A DNA stretch of 64,000 bases from Candidatus Uhrbacteria bacterium. GTDB lineage: Bacteria > Patescibacteriota > Patescibacteriia > UBA9934 > GWF2-40-263. Made by a program: the position numbers and the translations under genes. Location: the NCBI GenBank assembly GCA_023246355.1, contig JAHFIQ010000001.1, forward strand, positions 81,887 through 145,886. The letters run 5' to 3'. The notes beneath the pieces are model-generated. The model was given only the letters and a program-made list of their open reading frames with translations. It did not search any database and had not been told where the DNA came from. This document shows positions 37,352 to 47,628 of the stretch, one piece after another. The stretch's first letter is position 1. Each line of letters starts with the position of its first letter.

Positions 37352-37687
37352 TTACAATTTTATCTGTTTAGCAAACACTCCCAGCACCGGCATGTTCCAC
37401 AGACGCCCTTGCAGGGCGTTGATCATCCCCAAGATCATGAGGATGATGAGCACAATAGAACCAAGCATCCAGACAATCTGTCCGAGCACGGGAATGACAT
37501 TGCCCACCCACAGGATGATCCAGGCAACGAGCAGCACGAGTCCTTGCTTGCCATGATGCTGGGCAAACGCAGAGTCTTTTTTTAGAAGCAATGGAACCAA
37601 ACACAGGATTCCCAGGTACCCGATCGCGGCAAGGAAACGATCGTCTGGGAGATGGACCTGTGGAGGAACGTGATCTCGTTGAGTCAT
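37352..37687 (-). CDS. Small membrane protein (DUF4870-like topology)
   Basis: Likely start MTQRDHVPP. Three or four TM helices. The N-terminal extension in the ORF track is a read-through of the repeat element. Confidence 0.45.
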   Translation of the reverse strand: MTQRDHVPPQVHLPDDRFLAAIGYLGILCLVPLLLKKDSAFAQHHGKQGLVLLVAWIILWVGNVIPVLGQIVWMLGSIVLIILMILGMINALQGRLWNMPVLGVFAKQIKL

Positions 37688-37841
37688 ACTCACATGATGA
37701 TAACAGAAAATGAAAGACGAGGGCAGACCCTCGTCTTTCTGTAACAAACCTTGAGTGGCACGGCGTCTGACCTTGATCGGCAGCGCAGCGTAAGCGAGCA
37801 CCGGCAAGGTCTGCGCCGTGACGAGGCTCAAGGTTTGTGAA

Positions 37842-39506
<1,665 letters not shown>

Positions 39507-39797
39507 CTACTCAACAATAGCCATCACGTCCTCGATGCGGATGACAAGATATTCAACGCCATCGATCTTCACCTCATCTGGCGCATATTTTTTAAACAGG
39601 ACAACTTGGCCAACCGCGACTTCCATGTTGACGCGCTTCCCTCCATCCAGTTCGCGTCCTGGGCCAACCGCGATCACCTCGCCTCGCTCCGCGCGTTCTT
39701 TTTGAGCCGTGTCAGGGATGATGATTCCGGCTTTTGATGTTTCCTCCTTTGGGGCGGCTTTCACAATGATGTGATCGCCAACGGGTGTGAGCTTCAT
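39507..39797 (-). CDS. groS: Co-chaperonin GroES
   Basis: 96 aa with a typical GroES sequence (LKPLGDRV-like N-terminus, mobile loop). Confidence 0.9.
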   Translation of the reverse strand: MKLTPVGDHIIVKAAPKEETSKAGIIIPDTAQKERAERGEVIAVGPGRELDGGKRVNMEVAVGQVVLFKKYAPDEVKIDGVEYLVIRIEDVMAIVE

Positions 39798-39863
39798 AGA
39801 AAAAGGGATTAGGGGGTAGGTATTAGGTAGTAGAGGAAGGGCAAAAAAATTACGCTAGCAGTC

Positions 39864-39890
39864 TTCATCAAAGAGTGCTAACGGTGGCAT
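39864..39890. promoter_or_regulatory. CIRCE-like HrcA operator upstream of groES
   Basis: ctagcagtc-N9-gagtgctaa. The second half-site matches the consensus perfectly; the first matches 7 of 9. Confidence 0.5.
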
Positions 39891-39913
39891 TTTTGCTCAG
39901 ACGACCAAGCCTG

Positions 39914-41179
39914 TCAAGGGGTTTTGGAAAAACGAACCAGGATCCCCAGTACAAAGGCACTTAAAGCCAAACCAGGCCACAGGGACCAAAGATAGTGATC
40001 GAAAAGAGCGATCGTAGTCAGGCTCACCCCAAGCGCCACAGCAAACAACCCATTTGGATTTTTGATGGCCATGAGACTTCGACCAATGCGACCTATCCAG
40101 AAAACAAACAGCACAAACCCAACCACACCAAGCTCTGCCAAGATGAGCAAGAAGACATTATGAATCGGCTGATAGACCCAAACCGGTTGTCCAGGATCCT
40201 GATCGGCAAGCGTGAATGTGTAGGCATTTGGGCCGACGCCAAAAATCGGCGAAGAAAAAAACACCTCATCAAACATCTGATACTGCGACGCACGTTCTTC
40301 AATCGATATCGCTTCTAGACGGAGGGTGGGGTTGAAACGCGAAAAGACTTCCTGACGAAAAACAAAGATTGTCAGCAGCACAGACACGATCCCAACACTG
40401 AGAACCGTAATCAGATGATGTGCAAGGTTCTTTTTTTGTTTGAGCATGAGCGCCATCGACACCACAACTCCGATCAAGAGCCCCAGCCACGCTGATCGTG
40501 AGAAGGTGATGACGAGTGCTGATCCAAGCACGGCAGCAAGCATTGACAGAACCACCACATCGCGTTGGCTTTTCATGCTTTTGGCAAGCCAACCGAGAAT
40601 CACCACCCCGATCGCCAGATACCCCCCGAAAACATTTGGGTGTGGAAATGTTCCATAGGCTCGCAGGGTTCTTCCGCTGACTGTCTCGACCACGGCTGTG
40701 CCTAACGTCTGTGCGTCTTTCGCACTCATCCCAAGCAGTGTTGAATCAGGTGTGGCTCCTGTGAGCGTTTGAAACCAACCGACGGTCACAGGGACGAGCA
40801 GTCCGAATAAAAATGCAATGAGAACAGGTTTGAGTTTCGTTCGTTCATCTGTAAGCAGAAAAAAAAGCATGGCAGCTGAGACAACATGAATGAGGTGAAA
40901 CCAGCCAACGGAACTGAACGCACTGAGGGAAAGAGAGAAGAAGGCGCTCGCTAAAAAAAGATACAGGGCTTTGTCCATCTGACGCACATCTCTGTCGTTT
41001 GGTCTGTGCATGCGAAGCAGAAAGACAAACAGAAGCATCACCTCCACCACATAGATCCCAAGCACCGCATAGGGCGATGGCTCACCTGAAACCATCCCCT
41101 GACTCAGCAGGACTTCCGTCTGCCAAGGCAAGAGAAACACGGCAAGGAAAAAAAGTCTGTTGGAAAATTTTTCTAGCAT
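39914..41179 (-). CDS. O-antigen ligase (Wzy_C)-like polytopic membrane protein
   Basis: About 12 TM helices. VITFSRSAWLGLLIG matches the O-antigen ligase signature. Confidence 0.55.
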   Translation of the reverse strand: MLEKFSNRLFFLAVFLLPWQTEVLLSQGMVSGEPSPYAVLGIYVVEVMLLFVFLLRMHRPNDRDVRQMDKALYLFLASAFFSLSLSAFSSVGWFHLIHVVSAAMLFFLLTDERTKLKPVLIAFLFGLLVPVTVGWFQTLTGATPDSTLLGMSAKDAQTLGTAVVETVSGRTLRAYGTFPHPNVFGGYLAIGVVILGWLAKSMKSQRDVVVLSMLAAVLGSALVITFSRSAWLGLLIGVVVSMALMLKQKKNLAHHLITVLSVGIVSVLLTIFVFRQEVFSRFNPTLRLEAISIEERASQYQMFDEVFFSSPIFGVGPNAYTFTLADQDPGQPVWVYQPIHNVFLLILAELGVVGFVLFVFWIGRIGRSLMAIKNPNGLFAVALGVSLTTIALFDHYLWSLWPGLALSAFVLGILVRFSKTP

Positions 41180-42099
41180 AGGTGTTGTGCCGTGAGCGCC
41201 TCAAACCGATCGCGAAACTCGACCCGTCGATCTTGGTCGTGAAACTTGAGCATCTCGTCATTCACCACAACACGGGAATCTTGATTGGCAAGATCGCGGA
41301 GATGCACAGGCAGCCGACGTCGCTGGAATGATCGAAACACCGATTCCACGAGCCGTGACTGAACAGGAACACGTGGACAGAAGCGTGGAATGTGTCGGTG
41401 ATCCGGTATGCGTCCCCTGGCATTTGGCAGGAGCTGAGATGCCCAACGATTCACACGATGAAACTCGGAAAAACTGCTATCGCGATCCAACAGAGGGACT
41501 AACGACTTCACCCAAAACGCCAAGTAATAATCTCGCGGAAAACAAAGCTCCTCCAGTTGCAACGATGCTTGCGTAGAAAAAAAACTGAAACAAAATGGAT
41601 CGCGCCCTGTTTGTTCTTGTCCTGGCCGAGCTTTGAAGAGCGCAAACGGAAGAACGAGCCAAAATCGCGATGACCAAATCAACCCAGGTTTGGTGACCAC
41701 ATACAGATCAATATCGCTGTTTTCGGTCGTCCCCCACCATGCCAGGCTATTCACCGCAGCCACGGCCCGCACGCCAGGCAACAGTTGAAAATATCGCGCC
41801 GCGCGACGAAGGCGTTTGAACTTACGCTCGGCGTCCAAGAATCGCTCTTGTCTGGTTTGAACAAGCGATGAAATAGAGGCTTCCCTTTTCACGCTCCAAA
41901 ATCCATCAAACGATTGAAGTTTCTCCTTGAGCCAGGCGCTCCGCTCAAGAATCGACTGAACCTCACACAGATCATGCGGACGCGCTGGTTGCATGAGCCA
42001 TTTCCAGATCTCAAAAACAGTCAAAGGATGAGAGAAAAGAGAAAACCACAGAACCGTCTTCAGGATAGATCGTTCAAGGTCTGTGGTTTGACTGCCCAT
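41173..42099 (-). CDS. Hypothetical protein (possible nucleotidyltransferase-like)
   Basis: 308 aa, basic, no clear family. The SDIDLYVV segment is reminiscent of nucleotidyltransferases. Overlaps neighbouring genes by a few nt. Confidence 0.35.
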   Translation of the reverse strand: MGSQTTDLERSILKTVLWFSLFSHPLTVFEIWKWLMQPARPHDLCEVQSILERSAWLKEKLQSFDGFWSVKREASISSLVQTRQERFLDAERKFKRLRRAARYFQLLPGVRAVAAVNSLAWWGTTENSDIDLYVVTKPGLIWSSRFWLVLPFALFKARPGQEQTGRDPFCFSFFSTQASLQLEELCFPRDYYLAFWVKSLVPLLDRDSSFSEFHRVNRWASQLLPNARGRIPDHRHIPRFCPRVPVQSRLVESVFRSFQRRRLPVHLRDLANQDSRVVVNDEMLKFHDQDRRVEFRDRFEALTAQHLC

Positions 42100-42110
42100 A
42101 TGAGGGCATC

Positions 42111-42839
42111 TTACTTCGGATTCCGAATCTTTGAAAAGACGAACTGTTGCTGGAGAATGGAAACGATGTTCACCGTCACCCAGTAGAGGGTCAACCCTCC
42201 AGGGAGATTGGTTCCAATGACGACCGTCATGACAGGCATGAACATGAGCATGGACTTGTTCATGGAGGCCAGCATGGTTTCATCGAGCGCCCCTTTTTTG
42301 CCAGCCACTTGCTTCGGAGGACGGCGGGAGATCAACATCCGTGTCTGCATGAACTGGAAATATCCAGCGAGGATAGCCAAGTACGTACTCTTGTGTGACA
42401 AATCGATCGTATGCAAAAAAACCGTGTTGATCATCTCGGGGTTGTGAATAAACGGATAGAGCTGGTTGAGCGTTTCGGTTCCAAAACCGCCAAGGAGCAC
42501 GCGATACAGCGCGATCAGAATGGGGAGCTGAATGATGATCGGCAAACACGAGGCAAGAGGATTGACCTTTTCGGTCTGATACAACTCCATCATGGCCTTG
42601 GCGAGCGCTTCTTTGTTATCGGCATGCTTCTCCTTCAGGGCATCAATTTTGGGTTGCAATTCCTGAAGCGCTTTCTGTGAACGCAACGAAGATGACATGA
42701 AGGGCCACAACATCATTTTTATAAGAACCGTAAGCGCGATGATCGCAAATCCAACATCAGCTCCTGGCAAGATGTCATAGAGAAACACCAAGAGGTTGAA
42801 AATCGGCAGGTAAAGAACCGTGTGAAAAAGATTTCCCAT
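42111..42839 (-). CDS. yidC: Membrane protein insertase YidC/Oxa1 (short form)
   Basis: Five TM helices and the conserved motif VNPLASCLPIIIQLPILIALY. Confidence 0.8.
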   Translation of the reverse strand: MGNLFHTVLYLPIFNLLVFLYDILPGADVGFAIIALTVLIKMMLWPFMSSSLRSQKALQELQPKIDALKEKHADNKEALAKAMMELYQTEKVNPLASCLPIIIQLPILIALYRVLLGGFGTETLNQLYPFIHNPEMINTVFLHTIDLSHKSTYLAILAGYFQFMQTRMLISRRPPKQVAGKKGALDETMLASMNKSMLMFMPVMTVVIGTNLPGGLTLYWVTVNIVSILQQQFVFSKIRNPK

Positions 42840-42841
42840 AC

Positions 42842-44083
42842 TTAGGCTTGTTCGGTAGTATCCGGTGCCACCTCTTTCACCTCGTCTACCTTCTCCACCT
42901 CTGCCACCTGTTCCACCTTCTCTTCACCTGATATATTAATTTTCCATCCTGTGAGCCGCGCGGCAAGGCGAACGTTTTGGCCACCTTTGCCAATCGCCAG
43001 AGACAGCTGATCGTCTTTGACTTTTGCAAACGCGCTCATGTCTTCTTTTTTAAGCTCAAGACTCGTGACCTTGGCTGGGGAAAGTGCGTTGGTGATAAAC
43101 GTCTCTGGGGATTCACTCCACTCGACAATATCAATCTTCTCACCACCCAGCTCAGCAATAATGGTCTGAATACGCGACCCGCGCTGACCAATGCACGCCC
43201 CGATTGGATCGATCGTGTTCTCGCTGGTTGTGACCGCGACTTTTGATCTGGATCCGGCTTCTCTGGCAATGCCTTTGATTTCCACCAGCCCCTCGCCGAC
43301 CTCTGGCACTTCAAACTCAAACAGCTTGCGCACCATTTCCTCAGACGTGCGGGATACCAAAATTTCTGGACCCTTGGTTGTGAGTCCAACTTGGCGGACA
43401 AAGACTTTAATCCGGTCGCCCGTGTTGTAGCGCTCCGTTGAAATTTGATCTTCAGGACGCATCACACCAGTCGTGCGGCCAAGATCCACGAGCACAATGC
43501 GACCTTCACGACGTTGGACCGTGCCGTTCATGATGGTGCCTTCGTGTTCCTTGAACTCACTAAAAATCACTTCACGTTCAGCCTCGCGCAATTTTTGCGT
43601 GATGACTTGCTTGGCCGTCATGGCTGCCATGCGACCAAATTCTCCCGCCTGAGGAAGTTCTGTACGCAAGACCTCCCCAATTTCTGCATCATGTTTCAAA
43701 ACCCGTGCATCAGAAAACATGAGATCTGTTTTTGGATTGAACCGTGGACCCAACTCTTCTTCAAAGGAAATAGCTGGAACCTCCTCGCCTTTTCTGCGCG
43801 CCTCTTCCACCTGAAGGGCAAGCGCTTCGGCTTTGGCTTTGCGTTCTGTTTCAAGACGTTCAAGTTCGAGAAGATCGACATCTTCGACAACCGTCTTCAC
43901 GTCATACACATGTGACTCAGCCGTGGCGGGATCAAACTCCACTTCAATATTTTGATTTTTGTCACCAAAATCTTTTCGATACGCTGCCGCCAGGGCGGAT
44001 TGAATCGCGTCAATCACAGACTCGTACGCCAGTCCTTTTTCCTCACAGATTTGTCTAATCGCTTGTTCGATCGCTGAAGCCAT
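42842..44083 (-). CDS. nusA: Transcription termination/antitermination factor NusA
   Basis: N-terminal domain, S1 and KH domains. The C-terminal tail QVAEVEKVDEVKEV is encoded by a GAGGTGGA mini-repeat copy. Confidence 0.9.
   Translation of the reverse strand: MASAIEQAIRQICEEKGLAYESVIDAIQSALAAAYRKDFGDKNQNIEVEFDPATAESHVYDVKTVVEDVDLLELERLETERKAKAEALALQVEEARRKGEEVPAISFEEELGPRFNPKTDLMFSDARVLKHDAEIGEVLRTELPQAGEFGRMAAMTAKQVITQKLREAEREVIFSEFKEHEGTIMNGTVQRREGRIVLVDLGRTTGVMRPEDQISTERYNTGDRIKVFVRQVGLTTKGPEILVSRTSEEMVRKLFEFEVPEVGEGLVEIKGIAREAGSRSKVAVTTSENTIDPIGACIGQRGSRIQTIIAELGGEKIDIVEWSESPETFITNALSPAKVTSLELKKEDMSAFAKVKDDQLSLAIGKGGQNVRLAARLTGWKINISGEEKVEQVAEVEKVDEVKEVAPDTTEQA
42867..42930. repeat. GAGGTGGA-type mini-repeat forming the 3' end of nusA
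   Basis: The reverse complement reads gaggtggagaaggtagacgaggtgaaagaggtgg, which matches the other copies. Confidence 0.6.
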
Positions 44084-44260
44084 AAAATATTCTTAGGAAA
44101 GGATTTAAAACGATGAGATGCGAAGGGCTGGAGGAAGCAACAGCCGAGGCGTACTGAAACGTACGGTGAGGCTGTTGTGAACCGAAGCCCGAGCAGATCG
44201 CGTTTTAAATCCTTTCAATAAAGAAACCCGTCTAGCGACAGGTTTCAGGATGTCCATAAT

Positions 44261-44629
44261 CTACCAAAACCGCTCAGGGATGTCAATGTCTTCGATGTGA
44301 GTAAACTGAGGCTCTCCTTGATCATACTCAATGGCAACCACATCAATGCGCCAAGGCACCTCACCTGCTTTTGATTGATCAAGGTATTCCTGTGCCGTTC
44401 TCACCAAGTGCCCGATCTTGGTGACGGTCACGGAATCTTCCGGATCGGCTAAATCACTGTGTCGACTTTTCACCTCAACAAAAACGATCTCTTCGCCATC
44501 CGCACAAATGAGATCGATTTCTCCGTAGGAATTTTTGTACTGCCGCTGACTCACTTTGTACCCTTTGTCTACCAAAAACTTCGCAGCAGCTTCCTCTCCC
44601 TGATTCCCAAATATCCTCCGAGCATCCAT
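44261..44629 (-). CDS. yraN: YraN-family (UPF0102) putative endonuclease
   Basis: Motif GEIDLICADGEEIVFVEVKSR. Likely start MDARRIFG. The ORF track extends to 44692. Confidence 0.7.
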   Translation of the reverse strand: MDARRIFGNQGEEAAAKFLVDKGYKVSQRQYKNSYGEIDLICADGEEIVFVEVKSRHSDLADPEDSVTVTKIGHLVRTAQEYLDQSKAGEVPWRIDVVAIEYDQGEPQFTHIEDIDIPERFW

Positions 44630-44630
44630 A

Positions 44631-45041
44631 CTATTTTTTTCTGCGACCTGGGAGGTATTTTTGATTGGCATGACGCTGCGCTTCACGCTCACGCATTCCT
44701 GGCACGGTCCATTTCACATAACGAAAAATCAGAAAGCTCCAAAAAAGAAATCCAGCAATCCACACCAAGTACCAGAAGCGCGCGCCAAACAGTCGAATCT
44801 CTTCAAAGCTGAAAAAGAACAGGAGCACGCCCAAAATTCCCATCACCACGAGCAAGGTAGAAATGTTGTGGCCCACTTCACGCATGAATCGATCTGAGCC
44901 GCGTCTGTCAGCGACGAGATGACCAACAATACCCAGTACAAAAACGACGACAAAAATGACGAAGGTAATCGTGCCAAGAAGTCCTCCAACCTCGGGTGGA
45001 TTCATGGTGAGCCAGTAGGTGGGCTGTAAAAATTCAGACAT
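44631..45041 (-). CDS. Hypothetical membrane protein
   Basis: 136 aa with 3-4 TM helices and an ATG start. Confidence 0.4.
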   Translation of the reverse strand: MSEFLQPTYWLTMNPPEVGGLLGTITFVIFVVVFVLGIVGHLVADRRGSDRFMREVGHNISTLLVVMGILGVLLFFFSFEEIRLFGARFWYLVWIAGFLFWSFLIFRYVKWTVPGMREREAQRHANQKYLPGRRKK

Positions 45042-45044
45042 AGG

Positions 45045-45299
45045 TTATTTGCAGTGAGTGAGGGTGCAGGCAAGCGACCCTAGGATATCAGATATCACAT
45101 TTGTGGCAACAAAGATGCCGATGAAGGTTGTGAGGATCCCGATCAACTTGTAGAAGAATCTCGAGCCGCCAGAACCAAACGTCTTCTCGGCAAATGGAAT
45201 CTCCCCAAACCAACTAAAAAAAACCTCTGTTTTTTTGACGATCAAAAAGCCAATGAGCATGATGAGGAGGCCAAGGGGAATGCGAAAGAGTGGGGACAT
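45045..45299 (-). CDS. Hypothetical small membrane protein
   Basis: 84 aa with two TM helices. Its start is immediately downstream of tRNA-Val. Confidence 0.4.
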   Translation of the reverse strand: MSPLFRIPLGLLIMLIGFLIVKKTEVFFSWFGEIPFAEKTFGSGGSRFFYKLIGILTTFIGIFVATNVISDILGSLACTLTHCK

Positions 45300-45302
45300 A
45301 CA

Positions 45303-45379
45303 TGGTGGGCGCTGAGGGGATCGAACCCCCGACCTTCTCGGTGTAAACGAGACGCTCTAACCAGCTGAGCTAAGCGCCC
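45303..45379 (-). tRNA. tRNA-Val (anticodon TAC)
   Basis: GGGCGCTTAGCTCAGCTGGTTAGAGC D arm, anticodon stem TCTCG/CGAGA with loop TTTACAC, T loop TTCGATC, CCA encoded. Confidence 0.7.
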
Positions 45380-45383
45380 TCTT

Positions 45384-45511
45384 GAGACTGTTGCAAAACT
45401 CGCGATCTTGCGTTTCACGGGGCCCCGCCACCACCTCATCGTAGCTTTCGCTACGCCTCGGCGGCTGGCTTCCCCGTTCAACGCAATCTCATCGAGTTTT
45501 GCAACAGTCTC
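45384..45511. repeat. Long-hairpin intergenic repeat element, copy 5 (abuts tRNA-Val)
   Basis: Terminal stems gagactgttgcaaaactcg / cgagttttgcaacagtctc are perfect and carry compensatory changes relative to copy 1. Core cgcgatcttgcgtttcacggggccccgccaccacctcatcgtag. Confidence 0.75.
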
Positions 45512-45587
45512 CTACTACGACCATTGGAGCTTACAGGATTTGCGTCTTCAAATCAAAATTTAAAAGCGCCAGTCGTTGGCGCTTGCG

Positions 45588-46052
45588 TTACGTGTCGAGA
45601 TGATGGGCGTTGGGACAGCGGAACTCGAAACGCAATCCGTATGGGCCATCCATGAAGGCACTCCAGTCCCCGGTTCCCCAACGGACACGACCGTCGTCAC
45701 CAAGCGATCGATCGACTCGCGGATGATCGAGCAGGTCATCGAAATCCCGAGGGGCGACCAGAAAGGCCACGTGGGAGCGGTACCGGTACAGATGCCTGCA
45801 CACCATGGCCGGCCACAGAGAGCGACGTTTTCCAGGGGCGAAGGTGATCGTGGTTTCCCCAACACGGAAATCGTAGCGGATCCCAGGAAGGAAATCGTCG
45901 ATACGACGGGGTTCATCACGACGAGCAACGCCGACTCCCAGCGATGTGAAGAAGGCGATGACCGACTTGGGTTCCCGCTGACGTGGATACCCAAACGTGA
46001 CGTGATCGATCCCTCTCACAGATCCAGGGGAAAGGGCAGGATCAATATCCAT
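45588..46052 (-). CDS. VOC-family (glyoxalase/bleomycin-resistance/dioxygenase-like) protein, GC-rich
   Basis: IDHVTFGY ... HVAFLV ... GPYGLRFEF segments. 154 aa. Flanked by tRNA-Val and tRNA-Leu. Confidence 0.5.
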   Translation of the reverse strand: MDIDPALSPGSVRGIDHVTFGYPRQREPKSVIAFFTSLGVGVARRDEPRRIDDFLPGIRYDFRVGETTITFAPGKRRSLWPAMVCRHLYRYRSHVAFLVAPRDFDDLLDHPRVDRSLGDDGRVRWGTGDWSAFMDGPYGLRFEFRCPNAHHLDT

Positions 46053-46144
46053 GGAAGACCTCTCTGAGCGCTGACAACATAGATTGAATAACCTTGCACG
46101 TCAAGAACCAAACAAAAAACGCTCTCATGAGAGAACATTTTTTG

Positions 46145-46230
46145 TGGTGCGCGGGAGAGGACTCGAACCTCCACGCCCTTGCGAGCGCTACCACCTCAAG
46201 GTAGTGCGTCTACCATTTCGCCACCCGCGC
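46145..46230 (-). tRNA. tRNA-Leu (anticodon GAG), type II
   Basis: GCGCGGGTGGCGAAATGGTAGACGC, anticodon stem CTACC/GGTAG with loop TTGAGGT, long variable arm, T loop TTCGAGT, CCA encoded. Confidence 0.7.
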
Positions 46231-46274
46231 AAATTCCGCGCCGATCTTACCTGACTCAAAAAAAAAGAGCAACC

Positions 46275-47012
46275 CTAGAAGACGCGTGCTTTCCCCGTAA
46301 TCACTCTGAGAAACATCGGCTCGATACCGATGTCAAAACGGGTGGAGGTCATTTCCTCACCGTCCACAAATAAGGAAATAGGATCGTCGCTGCGAATCGC
46401 GAGCGACTTCATGGGAAACACAGACTCTTTAAAAACCTTCCTGCCAAAAATTCCCCAACCTGTTTTGACCGCGGCTCGAATCACGGCTTCAAATTTTCCG
46501 TCGCAGGGATCCGCCACATCCGCGAGGTTCCGAATCTCAAGGGCAGCACGACGAGAGGTAGAGGTAATTCGAAACTGGTCTTCGCAGGTCAGCTCTGCAT
46601 GAAAATCTGGAACCGAGAGCCCTGTCACAAACCGACGACCGTTCACGGTTCCCACATCAATCGTTTCAATCCGCCGAGCGGAGAGAATATCGCAGGCGGC
46701 CACTCCCTCAGGAATGCCCATCATGCGTGCCAACTCGTTCCCTGGTCCAATGGGGATGATTCCAAGAACGACTTCGCAATCTGCCACGACATCGATCACC
46801 TTGCGTACGGTCTCATCGTTCCCGAGCACCACGACCGTCTGCACGCCACGCTGAATTTCATCGCGGATCATTTCCTCGGCATTACGGAACAGGGCAAGAC
46901 GAGAAATTTTCCCGGCGATCCCCAAGTCGGTCAACCGATTTTCAATTTTCAAAAGCTCGCGCTCATAGCGCTTATTTTGCTGAATGTATTCATCGTATAA
47001 ATAACAGTACAT
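46275..47012 (-). CDS. Diacylglycerol/lipid kinase catalytic-domain protein (YegS/BmrU family)
   Basis: VVVLGNDETVRKVIDVV and GIIPIGPGNELAR motifs. 245 aa. Confidence 0.7.
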   Translation of the reverse strand: MYCYLYDEYIQQNKRYERELLKIENRLTDLGIAGKISRLALFRNAEEMIRDEIQRGVQTVVVLGNDETVRKVIDVVADCEVVLGIIPIGPGNELARMMGIPEGVAACDILSARRIETIDVGTVNGRRFVTGLSVPDFHAELTCEDQFRITSTSRRAALEIRNLADVADPCDGKFEAVIRAAVKTGWGIFGRKVFKESVFPMKSLAIRSDDPISLFVDGEEMTSTRFDIGIEPMFLRVITGKARVF

Positions 47013-47203
47013 GTGCTTGATGACGAACGAAAGGACATGCTTTGGACAAAAACCGTCACGGAAGGCCGGACTCTCCCTCCGACAGGCTCAGAGCATAATC
47101 ACTTGCGGCCTGAGTGACGAGGGGCGCCGAGACGACCGTCGGGTATCACTCAGGGTGGGCGACCCCGTGTTTTTGGACAAGGCTTGTCCTTTCGTTCGTT
47201 GTT
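47013..47203. repeat. ~190-bp element with ~37-bp terminal inverted repeats (structured ncRNA or MITE-like)
   Basis: gacgaacgaaaggacatgctttggacaaaaaccgtcacgg pairs with ccccgtgtttttggacaaggcttgtcctttcgttcgt. The GC-rich interior has an internal hairpin cctgagtga/tcactcagg. Confidence 0.5.
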
Positions 47204-47576
47204 ATTCTTCTTCACTGTTGGCAGATCCATCCATGCTCAGTCGCCCATTAACTTGAGCTCCAGCGGCGACCGAAATACGCGCTGTGGCCACATCCCCCTT
47301 CACCCGAGAGGTAGCCAAGAGCTCGAGCATCTCGTGAACCGTGACATTCCCCTGTACCTCCCCGGCAATCACCGCGCTCTTCGCTTTCACGTCTGCCTTG
47401 ATACGTGCGGTTTCTCCGATGCGTAAAAACTTTTCCGTCTCCACTGTGCCGGAAACCTCCCCATCGATCACCACATCGCCATCTGAACGGAAATCTCCCT
47501 CCACCTTGACCCCCTGTGCAATAATCGTCTCCTGCGTATTCGTGCTTGGCATAGCGCTGTGTTTTTTATCCCTAAA
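47202..47576 (-). CDS. Bactofilin
   Basis: Repetitive beta-helix motifs (VEGDFRSDGDVVIDGEVSGTV ... IAGEVQGNVTV ... VKGDV). Likely start MFRDKK, with GGAGGA upstream. Confidence 0.7.
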   Translation of the reverse strand, partial: FRDKKHSAMPSTNTQETIIAQGVKVEGDFRSDGDVVIDGEVSGTVETEKFLRIGETARIKADVKAKSAVIAGEVQGNVTVHEMLELLATSRVKGDVATARISVAAGAQVNGRLSMDGSANSEEE

Positions 47577-47628
47577 CATAGAGTGATTCTTAGTCCTCCG
47601 GATCTTAACAGTCTGAGCTTCCGTCTGT

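Noticed and set aside
45242-45481. ORFs translating to RWWRGPV.RKIASFA.V (45242..45481, 37139..37585, and the N-terminal extension of 32804..33559)
   Set aside because: The same peptide arises in different frames and strands only because the ORFs read through copies of the long-hairpin repeat element. There is no independent coding signal.
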